Source of the DNA: Escherichia coli
Lineage (GTDB): Bacteria > Pseudomonadota > Gammaproteobacteria > Enterobacterales > Enterobacteriaceae
Direction: 5' to 3' (one strand)
NCBI RefSeq assembly: GCF_009931435.1
Contig: NZ_CP043414.1
DNA: 64,000 nt
Below, piece after piece: positions 21,950 to 33,105 of this stretch; position 1 is the first letter of the stretch, and the number at the start of each line of letters is the position of its first letter. The translations under genes and the position numbers were made by a program. Under the pieces are notes generated by a model, which searched no databases, was not told the DNA's origin, and worked only from the letters and a program-made list of their open reading frames with translations.

Positions 21950-22713
21950 GTCAGCCATTATTATCTGTTAACGGCCTGATGATGCGCTTCGGCGGCCTGC
22001 TGGCGGTGAATAACGTCAATCTTGAACTGTACCCGCAGGAGATCGTCTCGTTAATCGGCCCTAACGGTGCCGGAAAAACCACGGTTTTTAACTGCCTGAC
22101 CGGTTTCTACAAACCCACCGGTGGCACTATTTTACTGCGCGATCAGCATCTGGAAGGTTTGCCCGGCCAGCAAATCGCCCGCATGGGCGTGGTGCGCACC
22201 TTCCAGCATGTGCGTCTGTTTCGTGAAATGACGGTGATTGAAAACTTGCTGGTGGCGCAGCATCAGCAACTGAAAACCGGGCTGTTCTCCGGCCTGTTGA
22301 AAACGCCTTCTTTCCGCCGCGCCCAGAGCGAAGCCCTCGACCGTGCCGCAACCTGGCTTGAGCGCATTGGTTTGCTCGAACACGCTAACCGTCAGGCGAG
22401 TAACCTGGCCTACGGTGACCAGCGCCGTCTGGAGATCGCCCGCTGCATGGTAACGCAGCCGGAGATTTTAATGCTCGACGAACCGGCAGCAGGTCTTAAC
22501 CCGAAAGAGACGAAAGAGCTGGATGAGCTGATTGCCGAACTGCGTAACCATCACAACACCACTATCTTGTTGATTGAACACGATATGAAGCTGGTGATGG
22601 GGATTTCAGACAGAATTTACGTGGTCAATCAGGGGACGCCGCTGGCAAACGGTACGCCGGAGCAGATCCGTAATAACCCGGACGTGATCCGTGCCTATTT
22701 AGGTGAGGCATAA
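21946..22713 (+). CDS. livG: branched-chain amino acid ABC ATPase LivG
   Basis: 255 aa; Walker [22 protein letters not shown] signature region. Confidence 0.95.
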   Translation: MSQPLLSVNGLMMRFGGLLAVNNVNLELYPQEIVSLIGPNGAGKTTVFNCLTGFYKPTGGTILLRDQHLEGLPGQQIARMGVVRTFQHVRLFREMTVIENLLVAQHQQLKTGLFSGLLKTPSFRRAQSEALDRAATWLERIGLLEHANRQASNLAYGDQRRLEIARCMVTQPEILMLDEPAAGLNPKETKELDELIAELRNHHNTTILLIEHDMKLVMGISDRIYVVNQGTPLANGTPEQIRNNPDVIRAYLGEA

Positions 22714-22714
22714 G

Positions 22715-23428
22715 ATGGAAAAAGTCATATTGTCCTTTGACAAAGTCAGCGCCCACTACGGCAAAATCCAGGCGCTGCATGAGGTGAGCCTGCATATCAA
22801 TCAGGGCGAAATTGTCACGCTGATTGGCGCGAACGGGGCGGGGAAAACCACCTTGCTCGGCACGTTATGCGGCGACCCACGCGCCACCAGCGGGCGAATT
22901 GTGTTTGATGATAAAGACATTACCGACTGGCAGACGGCGAAAATCATGCGCGAAGCGGTGGCGATTGTCCCGGAAGGACGTCGCGTCTTCTCACGCATGA
23001 CGGTGGAAGAGAATCTGGCGATGGGCGGCTTTTTTGCTGAACGCGACCAGTTCCAGGAGCGCATAAAGTGGGTGTATGAACTGTTTCCACGTCTGCATGA
23101 GCGCCGTGTTCAGCGGGCGGGCACCATGTCCGGCGGTGAGCAGCAGATGCTGGCGATTGGTCGCGCGCTGATGAGTAACCCACGTTTGCTATTGCTTGAT
23201 GAACCCTCGCTCGGACTGGCACCGATTATCATCCAGCAAATTTTCGACACCATCGAGCAACTGCGCGAGCAGGGGATGACCATCTTCCTCGTCGAGCAGA
23301 ACGCCAACCAGGCGCTAAAGCTGGCGGATCGCGGCTATGTGCTGGAAAACGGTCATGTCGTGCTTTCCGATACCGGCGACGCGCTACTGGCGAATGAAGC
23401 GGTGAGAAGTGCGTATTTAGGCGGGTAA
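22715..23428 (+). CDS. livF: branched-chain amino acid ABC ATPase LivF
   Basis: ATG at 22715 (MEKVILSFDKV...); 237 aa; Walker A GANGAGKTT. Confidence 0.9.
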   Translation: MEKVILSFDKVSAHYGKIQALHEVSLHINQGEIVTLIGANGAGKTTLLGTLCGDPRATSGRIVFDDKDITDWQTAKIMREAVAIVPEGRRVFSRMTVEENLAMGGFFAERDQFQERIKWVYELFPRLHERRVQRAGTMSGGEQQMLAIGRALMSNPRLLLLDEPSLGLAPIIIQQIFDTIEQLREQGMTIFLVEQNANQALKLADRGYVLENGHVVLSDTGDALLANEAVRSAYLGG

Positions 23429-23489
23429 TAACACGTTGATTGATAAGGAGTCAAAAGACTCCTTTGAGACAGGTTACAAATGTAAAATT

Positions 23490-23589
<100 letters not shown>

Positions 23590-23688
23590 TGAAACGATGA
23601 GCAATCTGTAGAGTTTGATTAAGACCTTCTATTTTTCCCGCTTATCCGTGCCCCATCTCCCATTTTCCCTCACCCGCGCCGTCACCGC

Positions 23689-23766
23689 CTTGTCATCTTT
23701 CTGACACCTTACTATCTTAAAAATGTAACAAAAAAGTTATTTTTCTGTAATTCGAGCATGTCATGT
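23689..23766 (+). promoter_or_regulatory. ugp promoter region with Pho-box-like direct repeats
   Basis: CTTGTCAT-CTTT-CTGACAC (23689-23707) and CTGTAAT-N4-GCATGTCAT (23745-23766) resemble PhoB boxes (7-bp repeats spaced 11 bp), 60-135 bp upstream of ugpB. Confidence 0.55.
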
Positions 23767-23825
23767 TACCCCGCGAGCATAAAACGCGTGAATTCGCGCA
23801 TTCGGTACAACAAGAGAGATAAACG

Positions 23826-25142
23826 ATGAAACCGTTACATTATACAGCTTCAGCACTGGCGCTCGGACTGGCGTTAATGGGGAATGCACAGGCAGTGACG
23901 ACCATTCCGTTCTGGCATTCTATGGAAGGGGAATTGGGTAAAGAGGTGGATTCTCTGGCCCAACGTTTTAACGCCGAAAACCCGGATTACAAAATTGTAC
24001 CGACCTATAAAGGCAACTACGAACAGAATTTAAGTGCGGGAATTGCCGCATTTCGTACCGGCAACGCGCCGGCTATTTTGCAGGTTTATGAAGTTGGCAC
24101 CGCCACCATGATGGCGTCGAAAGCCATTAAACCGGTGTATGACGTGTTTAAAGAAGCGGGGATTCAATTCGATGAGTCGCAGTTTGTGCCGACGGTTTCA
24201 GGCTACTACTCCGACAGCAAAACCGGACATTTACTCTCCCAGCCGTTCAACAGCTCGACTCCTGTTCTCTATTACAACAAAGATGCTTTCAAGAAAGCGG
24301 GATTAGACCCGGAACAGCCGCCGAAAACCTGGCAGGATCTGGCAGACTATGCCGCGAAACTGAAAGCCTCCGGTATGAAGTGCGGCTACGCCAGCGGCTG
24401 GCAGGGCTGGATCCAACTGGAAAACTTTAGCGCCTGGAACGGTCTGCCGTTTGCCAGCAAAAACAACGGCTTTGACGGCACGGACGCGGTGCTTGAGTTC
24501 AACAAGCCGGAGCAGGTGAAACACATCGCCATGCTCGAAGAGATGAACAAGAAGGGCGACTTCAGCTACGTCGGTCGTAAGGATGAATCCACCGAGAAGT
24601 TCTATAACGGTGATTGCGCGATGACCACCGCCTCTTCTGGTTCTCTTGCCAATATTCGTGAGTACGCCAAATTCAACTACGGCGTAGGTATGATGCCTTA
24701 CGACGCCGATGCGAAAGATGCGCCACAAAACGCCATTATCGGCGGAGCCAGCCTGTGGGTGATGCAGGGCAAAGATAAAGAAACTTACACCGGCGTGGCG
24801 AAGTTCCTCGACTTCCTTGCTAAGCCAGAAAACGCTGCCGAGTGGCATCAGAAAACCGGTTATCTGCCAATCACCAAAGCGGCGTATGACCTGACCCGTG
24901 AGCAGGGCTTTTACGAGAAAAACCCAGGGGCGGATACCGCGACGCGTCAGATGCTGAACAAGCCGCCGTTGCCGTTCACCAAAGGGCTGCGTCTGGGCAA
25001 TATGCCGCAGATCCGCGTGATTGTGGATGAAGAGCTGGAAAGCGTGTGGACCGGTAAGAAGACGCCACAGCAGGCGCTGGATACCGCTGTTGAGCGTGGG
25101 AACCAGTTACTGCGCCGCTTTGAGAAATCTACGAAGTCTTAA
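23826..25142 (+). CDS. ugpB: sn-glycerol-3-phosphate-binding periplasmic protein UgpB
   Basis: 438-aa ORF with signal peptide; first gene of ugpBAECQ. Confidence 0.95.
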   Translation: MKPLHYTASALALGLALMGNAQAVTTIPFWHSMEGELGKEVDSLAQRFNAENPDYKIVPTYKGNYEQNLSAGIAAFRTGNAPAILQVYEVGTATMMASKAIKPVYDVFKEAGIQFDESQFVPTVSGYYSDSKTGHLLSQPFNSSTPVLYYNKDAFKKAGLDPEQPPKTWQDLADYAAKLKASGMKCGYASGWQGWIQLENFSAWNGLPFASKNNGFDGTDAVLEFNKPEQVKHIAMLEEMNKKGDFSYVGRKDESTEKFYNGDCAMTTASSGSLANIREYAKFNYGVGMMPYDADAKDAPQNAIIGGASLWVMQGKDKETYTGVAKFLDFLAKPENAAEWHQKTGYLPITKAAYDLTREQGFYEKNPGADTATRQMLNKPPLPFTKGLRLGNMPQIRVIVDEELESVWTGKKTPQQALDTAVERGNQLLRRFEKSTKS

Positions 25143-25152
25143 CCAGTGAAAT

Positions 25153-25219
25153 GTCGGATGCGTTTCGCTTATCTGACCTGGCATCGCGTGTAGGCCGGAT
25201 AAGCGAAGCGCATCCGGCA
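25153..25219. repeat. REP element(s) between ugpB and ugpA
   Basis: GTAGGCCGGATAAGCGAAGCGCATCCGGCA preceded by a degenerate REP-like palindrome. Confidence 0.65.
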
Positions 25220-25239
25220 CAGTTCAGGAATTAACCGTA

Positions 25240-26127
25240 ATGTCATCATCCCGTCCGGTGTTCCGCTCGCGCTGGCTGCCTTATTTGCTGGTCGCGCCGC
25301 AGCTTATCATCACCGTTATCTTTTTTATCTGGCCTGCGGGCGAAGCGTTGTGGTACTCGCTACAAAGCGTCGATCCGTTTGGCTTTTCCAGCCAGTTTGT
25401 CGGCCTGGATAACTTCGTCACGCTGTTTCATGACAGCTACTATCTCGACTCCTTCTGGACGACGATAAAATTCAGCACCTTTGTCACGGTCAGCGGTTTG
25501 CTGGTGTCGCTGTTCTTCGCGGCGCTGGTGGAGTACATCGTGCGCGGCAGCCGTTTCTATCAAACCTTAATGCTGCTGCCGTATGCCGTGGCTCCCGCCG
25601 TTGCCGCCGTATTGTGGATCTTCCTGTTTAACCCTGGTCGCGGGCTGATCACTCATTTTCTCGCTGAGTTCGGCTACGACTGGAACCATGCGCAAAACAG
25701 CGGTCAGGCAATGTTCCTGGTGGTGTTTGCCTCAGTATGGAAGCAAATCAGCTACAACTTTCTGTTCTTCTATGCCGCGCTGCAATCCATTCCCCGTTCG
25801 TTGATTGAAGCCGCAGCCATCGACGGTGCAGGCCCGATTCGCCGCTTCTTTAAGATTGCGCTGCCGCTGATTGCGCCGGTGAGTTTCTTCCTGCTGGTGG
25901 TGAACCTGGTGTATGCCTTCTTCGACACCTTCCCGGTGATCGACGCCGCCACGTCCGGCGGACCGGTTCAGGCCACCACGACGCTGATTTATAAGATCTA
26001 CCGCGAAGGCTTTACCGGACTGGATCTGGCTTCGTCTGCCGCGCAGTCGGTGGTGTTGATGTTCCTCGTCATCGTGCTGACGGTGGTGCAGTTCCGCTAT
26101 GTTGAAAGCAAGGTGCGTTACCAATGA
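25240..26127 (+). CDS. ugpA: G3P ABC transporter permease UgpA
   Basis: 295-aa polytopic ORF; operon context. Confidence 0.95.
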
Positions 26128-26969
26128 TTGAGAACCGTCCGTGGCTGACGATATTCAGCCATACCATGCTGATCCTCGGGATCGCGGTGATCCTCTTCCC
26201 GCTGTACGTGGCGTTTGTCGCGGCGACGCTGGATAAACAGGCCGTCTACGCCGCGCCGATGACGCTAATCCCCGGCACACATCTGCTGGAAAACATCCAC
26301 AACATCTGGGTAAACGGGGTAGGCACGAATAGCGCGCCGTTCTGGCGGATGTTGCTTAACAGCTTTGTGATGGCGTTCAGCATTACGCTCGGCAAGATTA
26401 CCGTCTCGATGCTCTCGGCATTTGCCATTGTCTGGTTTCGTTTTCCGCTGCGTAACCTCTTCTTCTGGATGATTTTTATCACCCTGATGCTGCCAGTTGA
26501 AGTGCGTATTTTCCCGACGGTGGAAGTCATCGCCAATCTGAAGATGCTCGACAGCTACGCCGGTTTAACGCTGCCGCTGATGGCCTCGGCGACCGCCACG
26601 TTTCTGTTCCGCCAGTTCTTTATGACGCTGCCGGATGAGCTGGTGGAAGCGGCGCGGATCGACGGCGCGTCGCCAATGCGTTTCTTTTGCGACATCGTTT
26701 TTCCGCTGTCGAAAACCAATCTGGCGGCGCTGTTTGTGATCACTTTTATTTACGGCTGGAACCAGTATTTGTGGCCGTTGTTGATTATTACCGACGTTGA
26801 TCTCGGCACCACTGTGGCAGGGATCAAAGGGATGATCGCTACAGGCGAAGGCACCACGGAATGGAATTCGGTGATGGCGGCGATGTTGTTAACGCTTATC
26901 CCTCCGGTGGTGATTGTTTTAGTGATGCAGCGTGCCTTCGTGCGCGGCCTGGTCGATAGTGAGAAATAA
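26124..26969 (+). CDS. ugpE: G3P ABC transporter permease UgpE
   Basis: 281-aa polytopic ORF; start overlaps ugpA stop. Confidence 0.95.
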
Positions 26970-26970
26970 G

Positions 26971-28041
26971 ATGGCAGGACTGAAATTACAGGCAGTAACC
27001 AAAAGCTGGGATGGCAAAACCCAGGTCATTAAACCCCTGACCCTTGATGTGGCGGATGGCGAATTTATCGTGATGGTCGGGCCGTCTGGCTGCGGGAAAT
27101 CCACGCTGCTGCGCATGGTTGCCGGGCTGGAGCGGGTCACCGAAGGCGATATCTGGATTAACGACCAACGCGTGACCGAAATGGAGCCGAAAGATCGCGG
27201 GATTGCGATGGTGTTCCAGAACTACGCGCTTTATCCGCATATGAGTGTCGAAGAAAACATGGCGTGGGGGCTGAAAATTCGCGGCATGGGCAAGCAACAA
27301 ATTGCCGAACGTGTTAAAGAAGCGGCGCGTATTCTGGAGCTGGATGGCCTGCTCAAGCGTCGTCCGCGTGAGCTTTCTGGCGGTCAGCGTCAGCGTGTAG
27401 CGATGGGCCGCGCGATTGTGCGCGATCCGGCGGTGTTCCTGTTTGATGAGCCGCTCTCTAACCTCGACGCCAAGCTGCGCGTGCAGATGCGCCTTGAGCT
27501 GCAACAACTGCACCGTCGCCTGAAAACGACTTCACTCTACGTTACTCACGATCAGGTTGAGGCGATGACGCTCGCTCAGCGGGTAATGGTGATGAACGGC
27601 GGCATTGCTGAACAGATTGGCACACCAGTTGAAGTCTACGAAAAGCCCGCCAGCCTGTTTGTGGCGAGTTTTATCGGTAGTCCGGCGATGAACCTGCTGA
27701 CAGGCCGCGTGAATAACGAAGGCACGCATTTCGAACTGGATGGCGGTATCGCGCTACCGCTAAACGGTGGCTACCGTCAGTATGCCGGGCGTAAAATGAC
27801 TCTTGGCATTCGCCCGGAACATATTGCGTTAAGCTCGCAGGCAGAAGGCGGCATACCGCTGGTGATGGACACGCTGGAGATCCTCGGCGCAGATAACCTG
27901 GCGCACGGACGCTGGGGCGAACAGAAGCTGGTGGTGCGACTGGCGCATCAGGAGCGCCCGACGACAGGCAGCACGCTGTGGCTGCATCTGCCGGAAAATC
28001 AGCTGCATCTTTTTGATGGTGAAACAGGACAACGAGTATGA
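26971..28041 (+). CDS. ugpC: G3P ABC transporter ATPase UgpC
   Basis: ATG at 26971 ([13 protein letters not shown]...); 356 aa; Walker [18 protein letters not shown]. Confidence 0.9.
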   Translation: MAGLKLQAVTKSWDGKTQVIKPLTLDVADGEFIVMVGPSGCGKSTLLRMVAGLERVTEGDIWINDQRVTEMEPKDRGIAMVFQNYALYPHMSVEENMAWGLKIRGMGKQQIAERVKEAARILELDGLLKRRPRELSGGQRQRVAMGRAIVRDPAVFLFDEPLSNLDAKLRVQMRLELQQLHRRLKTTSLYVTHDQVEAMTLAQRVMVMNGGIAEQIGTPVEVYEKPASLFVASFIGSPAMNLLTGRVNNEGTHFELDGGIALPLNGGYRQYAGRKMTLGIRPEHIALSSQAEGGIPLVMDTLEILGADNLAHGRWGEQKLVVRLAHQERPTTGSTLWLHLPENQLHLFDGETGQRV

Positions 28042-28781
28042 GTAACTGGCCTTATCCCCGCATCGTCGCCCACCGTGGCGGCGGTAAACTGGCCCCGGAA
28101 AACACCCTGGCGGCAATCGACGTTGGGGCAAAATACGGTCATAAGATGATCGAATTTGACGCGAAGTTATCGAAAGATGGTGAGATCTTCCTGCTGCATG
28201 ACGATAATCTCGAACGCACCAGCAACGGCTGGGGCGTCGCGGGCGATCTGAACTGGCAGGATTTACTGCGCGTGGATGCAGGCAGTTGGTACAGCAAAGC
28301 GTTTAAAGGTGAGCCGCTGCCGTTGCTTTCGCAGGTGGCGGAACGCTGCCGTGAACATGGGATGATGGCAAATATTGAAATCAAACCCACCACTGGCACT
28401 GGTCCATTAACGGGCAAAATGGTATCGCTGGCGGCGCGCGAACTGTGGGCTGGTATGACGCCGCCGCTGCTGTCATCGTTTGAGATTGATGCTTTAGACG
28501 CCGCACACCAGGCTGCACCGGAACTGCCGCGCGGTTTGTTGCTGGATGAGTGGCGCGACGACTGGCGCGAACTGACCACGCGGCTGGGCTGCGTCTCTAT
28601 TCATCTCAATCATAAGTTGCTCGATAAAGCGCGAGTGATGCAGTTGAAAGACGCTGGATTACGGATTCTGGTTTATACCGTCAACAAACCCCAGCGCGCG
28701 GCAGAGTTGCTGCGCTGGGGCGTGGATTGCATCTGTACCGATGCGATTGATGTGATTGGCCCGAACTTTACGGCCCAATAG
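28038..28781 (+). CDS. ugpQ: glycerophosphodiester phosphodiesterase UgpQ
   Basis: 247 aa; GDPD-family motif HRGG at N-terminus. Confidence 0.95.
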   Translation: MSNWPYPRIVAHRGGGKLAPENTLAAIDVGAKYGHKMIEFDAKLSKDGEIFLLHDDNLERTSNGWGVAGDLNWQDLLRVDAGSWYSKAFKGEPLPLLSQVAERCREHGMMANIEIKPTTGTGPLTGKMVSLAARELWAGMTPPLLSSFEIDALDAAHQAAPELPRGLLLDEWRDDWRELTTRLGCVSIHLNHKLLDKARVMQLKDAGLRILVYTVNKPQRAAELLRWGVDCICTDAIDVIGPNFTAQ

Positions 28782-29208
28782 TTTTCAACGGAATATCAGG
28801 CTGCGGCGTGCTGGGCGGATTCAGCATGTCGCCGTTTCTTCTCTCTGGCAACATATGCTGCTGATTCAACGAACTATCCGGATTACGGTTGCTGTTTAAC
28901 ATCCCGCCGTTGGTGTTGGGCAGCATTTGCTGCCGGGCGGGATTTTGCTCCCCCGGCTGTGACTGCAATACCCGCTGCGAGTTACTGTTTATCTGGTTTT
29001 CTAAATGCTGCTGTTGCAACTGTGTTTGCGTTTTCAGTTGCTGATTCAGCATCCCTTTTTGCTGGATTTGCTGCGTTTGCATTTGAGTTTGCATTCGCTG
29101 CTGGCTGGGGATCTGATACCCCGGCTGGTTAGGGTTGTTCAGAGTGTTAATGGGCTGTGCAAAGCCGACAAAAGGCAGGAGTGCCGTCAAAAGCAGAAGT
29201 CGTTTCAT
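28768..29208 (-). CDS. yhhA: Q/N-rich secreted protein YhhA
   Basis: 146-aa ORF with signal peptide and glutamine-rich low-complexity body; convergent with ugpQ (3' ends overlap). Confidence 0.85.
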   Translation of the reverse strand: MKRLLLLTALLPFVGFAQPINTLNNPNQPGYQIPSQQRMQTQMQTQQIQQKGMLNQQLKTQTQLQQQHLENQINSNSQRVLQSQPGEQNPARQQMLPNTNGGMLNSNRNPDSSLNQQHMLPERRNGDMLNPPSTPQPDIPLKTIGP

Positions 29209-29327
29209 CGCGTATCCTCCTCTGAAGATATTCTTTAAGTTTACTCCTTTCCTGCAATCATCAGGATTAATTCAGAGTTATATACCAGGCTTAGCTGGGG
29301 TTGCCCCTTAATCTCTGGAGTATAACG

Positions 29328-31073
29328 ATGATAAAACCGACGTTTTTACGCCGGGTGGCTATTGCTGCTCTGCTCACAGGAAGTTGTTTTAGTGCTGTCG
29401 CCGCGCCACCTGCGCCGCCGCCAGTCTCGTATGGCGTGGAGGAGGATGTCTTCCATCCGGTACGCGCGAAGCAGGGGATGGTAGCATCTGTGGACGCCAC
29501 TGCCACTCAGGTGGGGGTAGATATCCTTAAACAGGGCGGGAATGCCGTTGATGCTGCCGTGGCAGTGGGCTACGCGCTGGCGGTAACGCATCCGCAGGCA
29601 GGGAATCTGGGCGGCGGCGGTTTTATGCTGATCCGCACTAAAGATGGCAATACCACCGCCATCGATTTCCGCGAAATGGCACCCGCCAAAGCGACCCGCG
29701 ATATGTTCCTTGATGATCAGGGCAACCCGGACAGCAAAAAATCTCTCACTTCGCATCTTGCTTCTGGCACACCCGGTACGGTAGCGGGCTTCTCGTTGGC
29801 GCTGGAGAAATACGGCACCATGCCGCTGAACAAAGTTGTGCAGCCTGCGTTTAAACTGGCACGCGATGGTTTTATCGTTAACGATGCGCTGGCAGACGAT
29901 CTCAAAACCTACGGCAGTGAAGTGCTACCAAATCACGAAAACAGCAAAGCTATCTTCTGGAAAGAGGGCGAACCGCTGAAAAAGGGCGACAAGCTGGTAC
30001 AGACGAATCTGGCAAAGAGCCTGGAGATGATTGCCGAAAACGGCCCGGATGAATTCTACAAAGGCACGATAGCGGAACAGATCGCCCAGGAGATGCAGAA
30101 AAACGGTGGCTTGATCACTAAAGAAGATTTAGCGGCCTATAAAGCGGTCGAACGTACACCAATAAGTGGCGATTATCGCGGGTATCAGGTTTACTCCATG
30201 CCACCGCCATCTTCCGGCGGGATCCATATCGTGCAGATCCTCAATATTCTGGAAAACTTCGATATGCAGAAATACGGCTTTGGCAGCGCCGACGCGATGC
30301 AAATCATGGCAGAAGCGGAGAAACATGCCTACGCCGATCGCTCGGAATATCTTGGCGACCCGGATTTTGTCAAAGTACCGTGGCAGGCGCTGACCAATAA
30401 AGCCTATGCCAAATCTATTGCCGATCAAATCGATATCAATAAAGCGAAGCCATCCAGCGAAATTCGTCCTGGCAAGCTTGCGCCTTATGAGAGTAATCAA
30501 ACTACCCATTACTCAGTGGTGGATAAAGACGGTAACGCCGTGGCGGTGACTTATACGCTGAACACCACCTTCGGTACGGGCATTGTCGCGGGCGAGAGCG
30601 GTATTTTGCTCAATAACCAGATGGATGATTTCTCCGCCAAACCAGGCGTACCGAACGTTTACGGGCTGGTGGGCGGCGATGCCAACGCCGTCGGGCCGAA
30701 TAAACGTCCGCTGTCATCGATGTCACCAACCATTGTGGTGAAAGACGGAAAAACCTGGCTGGTGACCGGAAGCCCAGGTGGTAGCCGGATTATCACCACT
30801 GTGCTGCAAATGGTGGTGAACAGCATCGATTATGGCATGAATGTCGCCGAAGCGACCAATGCGCCGCGTTTCCACCATCAGTGGCTGCCGGACGAGCTGC
30901 GTGTCGAGAAAGGATTTAGCCCGGATACGCTCAAGCTGCTGGAAGCAAAAGGTCAGAAAGTGGCGCTAAAAGAGGCGATGGGCAGTACGCAAAGTATTAT
31001 GGTTGGGCCGGACGGTGAGTTATACGGCGCATCCGACCCACGTTCGGTAGATGATTTAACGGCGGGGTATTAA
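29328..31073 (+). CDS. ggt: gamma-glutamyltranspeptidase Ggt
   Basis: ATG at 29328 (MIKPTFLRRVAIAALL...); 580 aa; autoprocessing Thr within ...SNQTTHYSV... Confidence 0.9.
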   Translation: MIKPTFLRRVAIAALLTGSCFSAVAAPPAPPPVSYGVEEDVFHPVRAKQGMVASVDATATQVGVDILKQGGNAVDAAVAVGYALAVTHPQAGNLGGGGFMLIRTKDGNTTAIDFREMAPAKATRDMFLDDQGNPDSKKSLTSHLASGTPGTVAGFSLALEKYGTMPLNKVVQPAFKLARDGFIVNDALADDLKTYGSEVLPNHENSKAIFWKEGEPLKKGDKLVQTNLAKSLEMIAENGPDEFYKGTIAEQIAQEMQKNGGLITKEDLAAYKAVERTPISGDYRGYQVYSMPPPSSGGIHIVQILNILENFDMQKYGFGSADAMQIMAEAEKHAYADRSEYLGDPDFVKVPWQALTNKAYAKSIADQIDINKAKPSSEIRPGKLAPYESNQTTHYSVVDKDGNAVAVTYTLNTTFGTGIVAGESGILLNNQMDDFSAKPGVPNVYGLVGGDANAVGPNKRPLSSMSPTIVVKDGKTWLVTGSPGGSRIITTVLQMVVNSIDYGMNVAEATNAPRFHHQWLPDELRVEKGFSPDTLKLLEAKGQKVALKEAMGSTQSIMVGPDGELYGASDPRSVDDLTAGY

Positions 31074-31080
31074 TATCTTA

Positions 31081-31108
31081 AGCCCTCTCCCGGTAGGTGA
31101 GGGCTTTT
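31081..31108. terminator. hairpin terminator in the 49-bp ggt/yhhY convergent gap
   Basis: AGCCCTC-11 nt loop-GAGGGCT followed by TTTTAG; directly after the ggt stop. Confidence 0.65.
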
Positions 31109-31122
31109 AGATTACAAATTCT

Positions 31123-31611
31123 CTATTTCACCCGCGCCATATAATACGCATCGACATATTCGCCATTACGAAAAGCGTAATTTTTGCCGGTACCTTCTAT
31201 GAGAAATCCGAATTTTTTATAGACTGCGATTGCTGGGGCGTTATCCGCAAACACCGTCAACTCAATACGATCTATCCGTAACCAGTTGTCGCACATTTCA
31301 ATCAATTCGCGGATCAGGGCGCTGGCGATGCCACGGTTGTGCCAGCGGGAGTCAACACAGATACCAAAAGTTGCAACATGACTGCGACGTGGGCCTTGAT
31401 AAGCTTCCACGAAAAGATGACCCACCACGATACTATCAATGCAGGCAACCAGTTGTTTAAATCCCTGGCGATCTTTCAATCTTTCTGGCCACCAGCCTTC
31501 CGAAGGATGAGGTAGTTGTAGCGTGTTGTAATACACCTCCGGTTGGGCGTGAATCTGCCTGATGGCCTCGTAATCCCGTGTTTCTGCGTGGCGTATTACT
31601 ATCTCACTCAT
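31123..31611 (-). CDS. yhhY: GNAT-family N-acetyltransferase YhhY
   Basis: Track ORF extends to 31689; ATG at 31611 gives the 162-aa MSEIVIRHAETRDYEAIRQIH... protein. Confidence 0.85.
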   Translation of the reverse strand: MSEIVIRHAETRDYEAIRQIHAQPEVYYNTLQLPHPSEGWWPERLKDRQGFKQLVACIDSIVVGHLFVEAYQGPRRSHVATFGICVDSRWHNRGIASALIRELIEMCDNWLRIDRIELTVFADNAPAIAVYKKFGFLIEGTGKNYAFRNGEYVDAYYMARVK

Positions 31612-31707
31612 TCCTTTGTCCTCTTTGGGGTAAATGTCCCTTTCAACATCATTGACTTTCACATACGAGTCAAATGCATTTTTTTGCAAAAAGTGTTGGA
31701 CAAGTGC

Positions 31708-31730
31708 GAATGAGAATGATTATTATTGTC
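31708..31730 (+). promoter_or_regulatory. Fur box overlapping the ryhB promoter
   Basis: AATGAGAATGATTATTATTGTC, an AT-rich GATAAT-type repeat array ending 3 nt before the RyhB 5' end. Confidence 0.7.
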
Positions 31731-31732
31731 TC

Positions 31733-31822
31733 GCGATCAGGAAGACCCTCGCGGAGAACCTGAAAGCACGACATTGCTCACATTGCTTCCAGTATTACTT
31801 AGCCAGCCGGGTGCTGGCTTTT
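31733..31822 (+). ncRNA. ryhB: iron-responsive small RNA RyhB
   Basis: 90 nt GCGATCAGGAAGACCCTCGCGGAGAACCTGAAAGCACGACATTGCTCACATTGCTTCCAGTATTACTTAGCCAGCCGGGTGCTGGCTTTT matches recalled RyhB; ends in a GCCAGC/GCTGGC hairpin plus T9; sits in the yhhY-yhhX intergenic region. Confidence 0.9.
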
Positions 31823-31945
31823 TTTTTTGACCTTTCGTTCTCAATTTATCCACGGGAAGTGCTTGTGTTTGTTATGCGCACTCCTGTAGGAACCGCGTCC
31901 GCTTTGCGCTAAGGTGTAAATAACCACCTTAAAAAGGACGAAATC

Positions 31946-32983
31946 ATGGTCATCAACTGCGCCTTTATTGGCTTCGGCAAAAGCACCACCCGTTACCATC
32001 TGCCGTATGTACTTAACCGCAAGGATAGCTGGCATGTCGCGCATATTTTTCGCCGCCATGCGAAGCCGGAAGAACAGGCTCCCATTTATTCCCATATTCA
32101 TTTCACCAGCGATCTCGACGAAGTGCTAAACGATCCCGACGTTAAGTTGATTGTCGTCTGCACTCATGCGGACAGCCACTTCGAGTACGCGAAACGCGCG
32201 CTGGAAGCCGGGAAAAATGTGCTGGTCGAAAAACCGTTCACCCCGACACTTGCGCAGGCGAAAGAGCTGTTTGCGCTGGCGAAAAGCAAAGGGCTGACCG
32301 TTACGCCGTATCAGAATCGTCGCTTTGACTCCTGTTTTCTGATGGCGAAAAAAGCGATTGAAAGCGGCAAGCTGGGAGAGATTGTTGAAATGGAAAGCCA
32401 TTTTGACTATTACCGCCCGGTGGCAGAAACCAAACCCGGGCTGCCGCAGGATGGCGCGTTCTATGGCCTTGGTGTGCATACGATGGACCAGATTATCTCG
32501 CTGTTCGGTCGCCCGGATCACGTCGCTTATGACATCCGCAGCCTGCGTAATAAAGCCAATCCTGACGACACCTTTGAAGCGCAGCTATTTTATGGCGATC
32601 TAAAAGCCATCGTCAAAACCAGCCATCTGGTGAAAATCGATTATCCGAAATTTATCGTTCACGGGAAGAAAGGTTCGTTTATTAAATACGGTATCGACCA
32701 GCAGGAAACCAGCCTGAAGGCTAATATTATGCCAGGCGAGCCGGGATTCGCAGCGGATGATTCGGTCGGTGTGCTGGAGTATGTCAATGACGAGGGCGTT
32801 ACGGTCAGAGAAGAGATGAAGCCGGAGATGGGCGATTATGGGCGCGTTTATGATGCGTTGTATCAAACCATCACCAACGGTGCACCAAATTACGTCAAGG
32901 AATCTGAAGTTCTTACCAATCTTGAAATCCTTGAACGCGGATTTGAGCAAGCCTCTCCCTCCACAGTGACTCTCGCGAAGTAA
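31946..32983 (+). CDS. yhhX: Gfo/Idh/MocA-family oxidoreductase YhhX
   Basis: 345-aa ORF with N-terminal Rossmann motif AFIGFGKS; matches YhhX. Confidence 0.9.
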   Translation: MVINCAFIGFGKSTTRYHLPYVLNRKDSWHVAHIFRRHAKPEEQAPIYSHIHFTSDLDEVLNDPDVKLIVVCTHADSHFEYAKRALEAGKNVLVEKPFTPTLAQAKELFALAKSKGLTVTPYQNRRFDSCFLMAKKAIESGKLGEIVEMESHFDYYRPVAETKPGLPQDGAFYGLGVHTMDQIISLFGRPDHVAYDIRSLRNKANPDDTFEAQLFYGDLKAIVKTSHLVKIDYPKFIVHGKKGSFIKYGIDQQETSLKANIMPGEPGFAADDSVGVLEYVNDEGVTVREEMKPEMGDYGRVYDALYQTITNGAPNYVKESEVLTNLEILERGFEQASPSTVTLAK

Positions 32984-33105
32984 GTTTGATGGCCCCTCAA
33001 ATAGTTCAATTTTTTTGAACAGAGGGGTCAATTTTCACCCTCTATCATCCCAGGCGGATCGGGTCCACACTAAGCCCATCGAAATCATTCAGGGGGCGAA
33101 TACAA

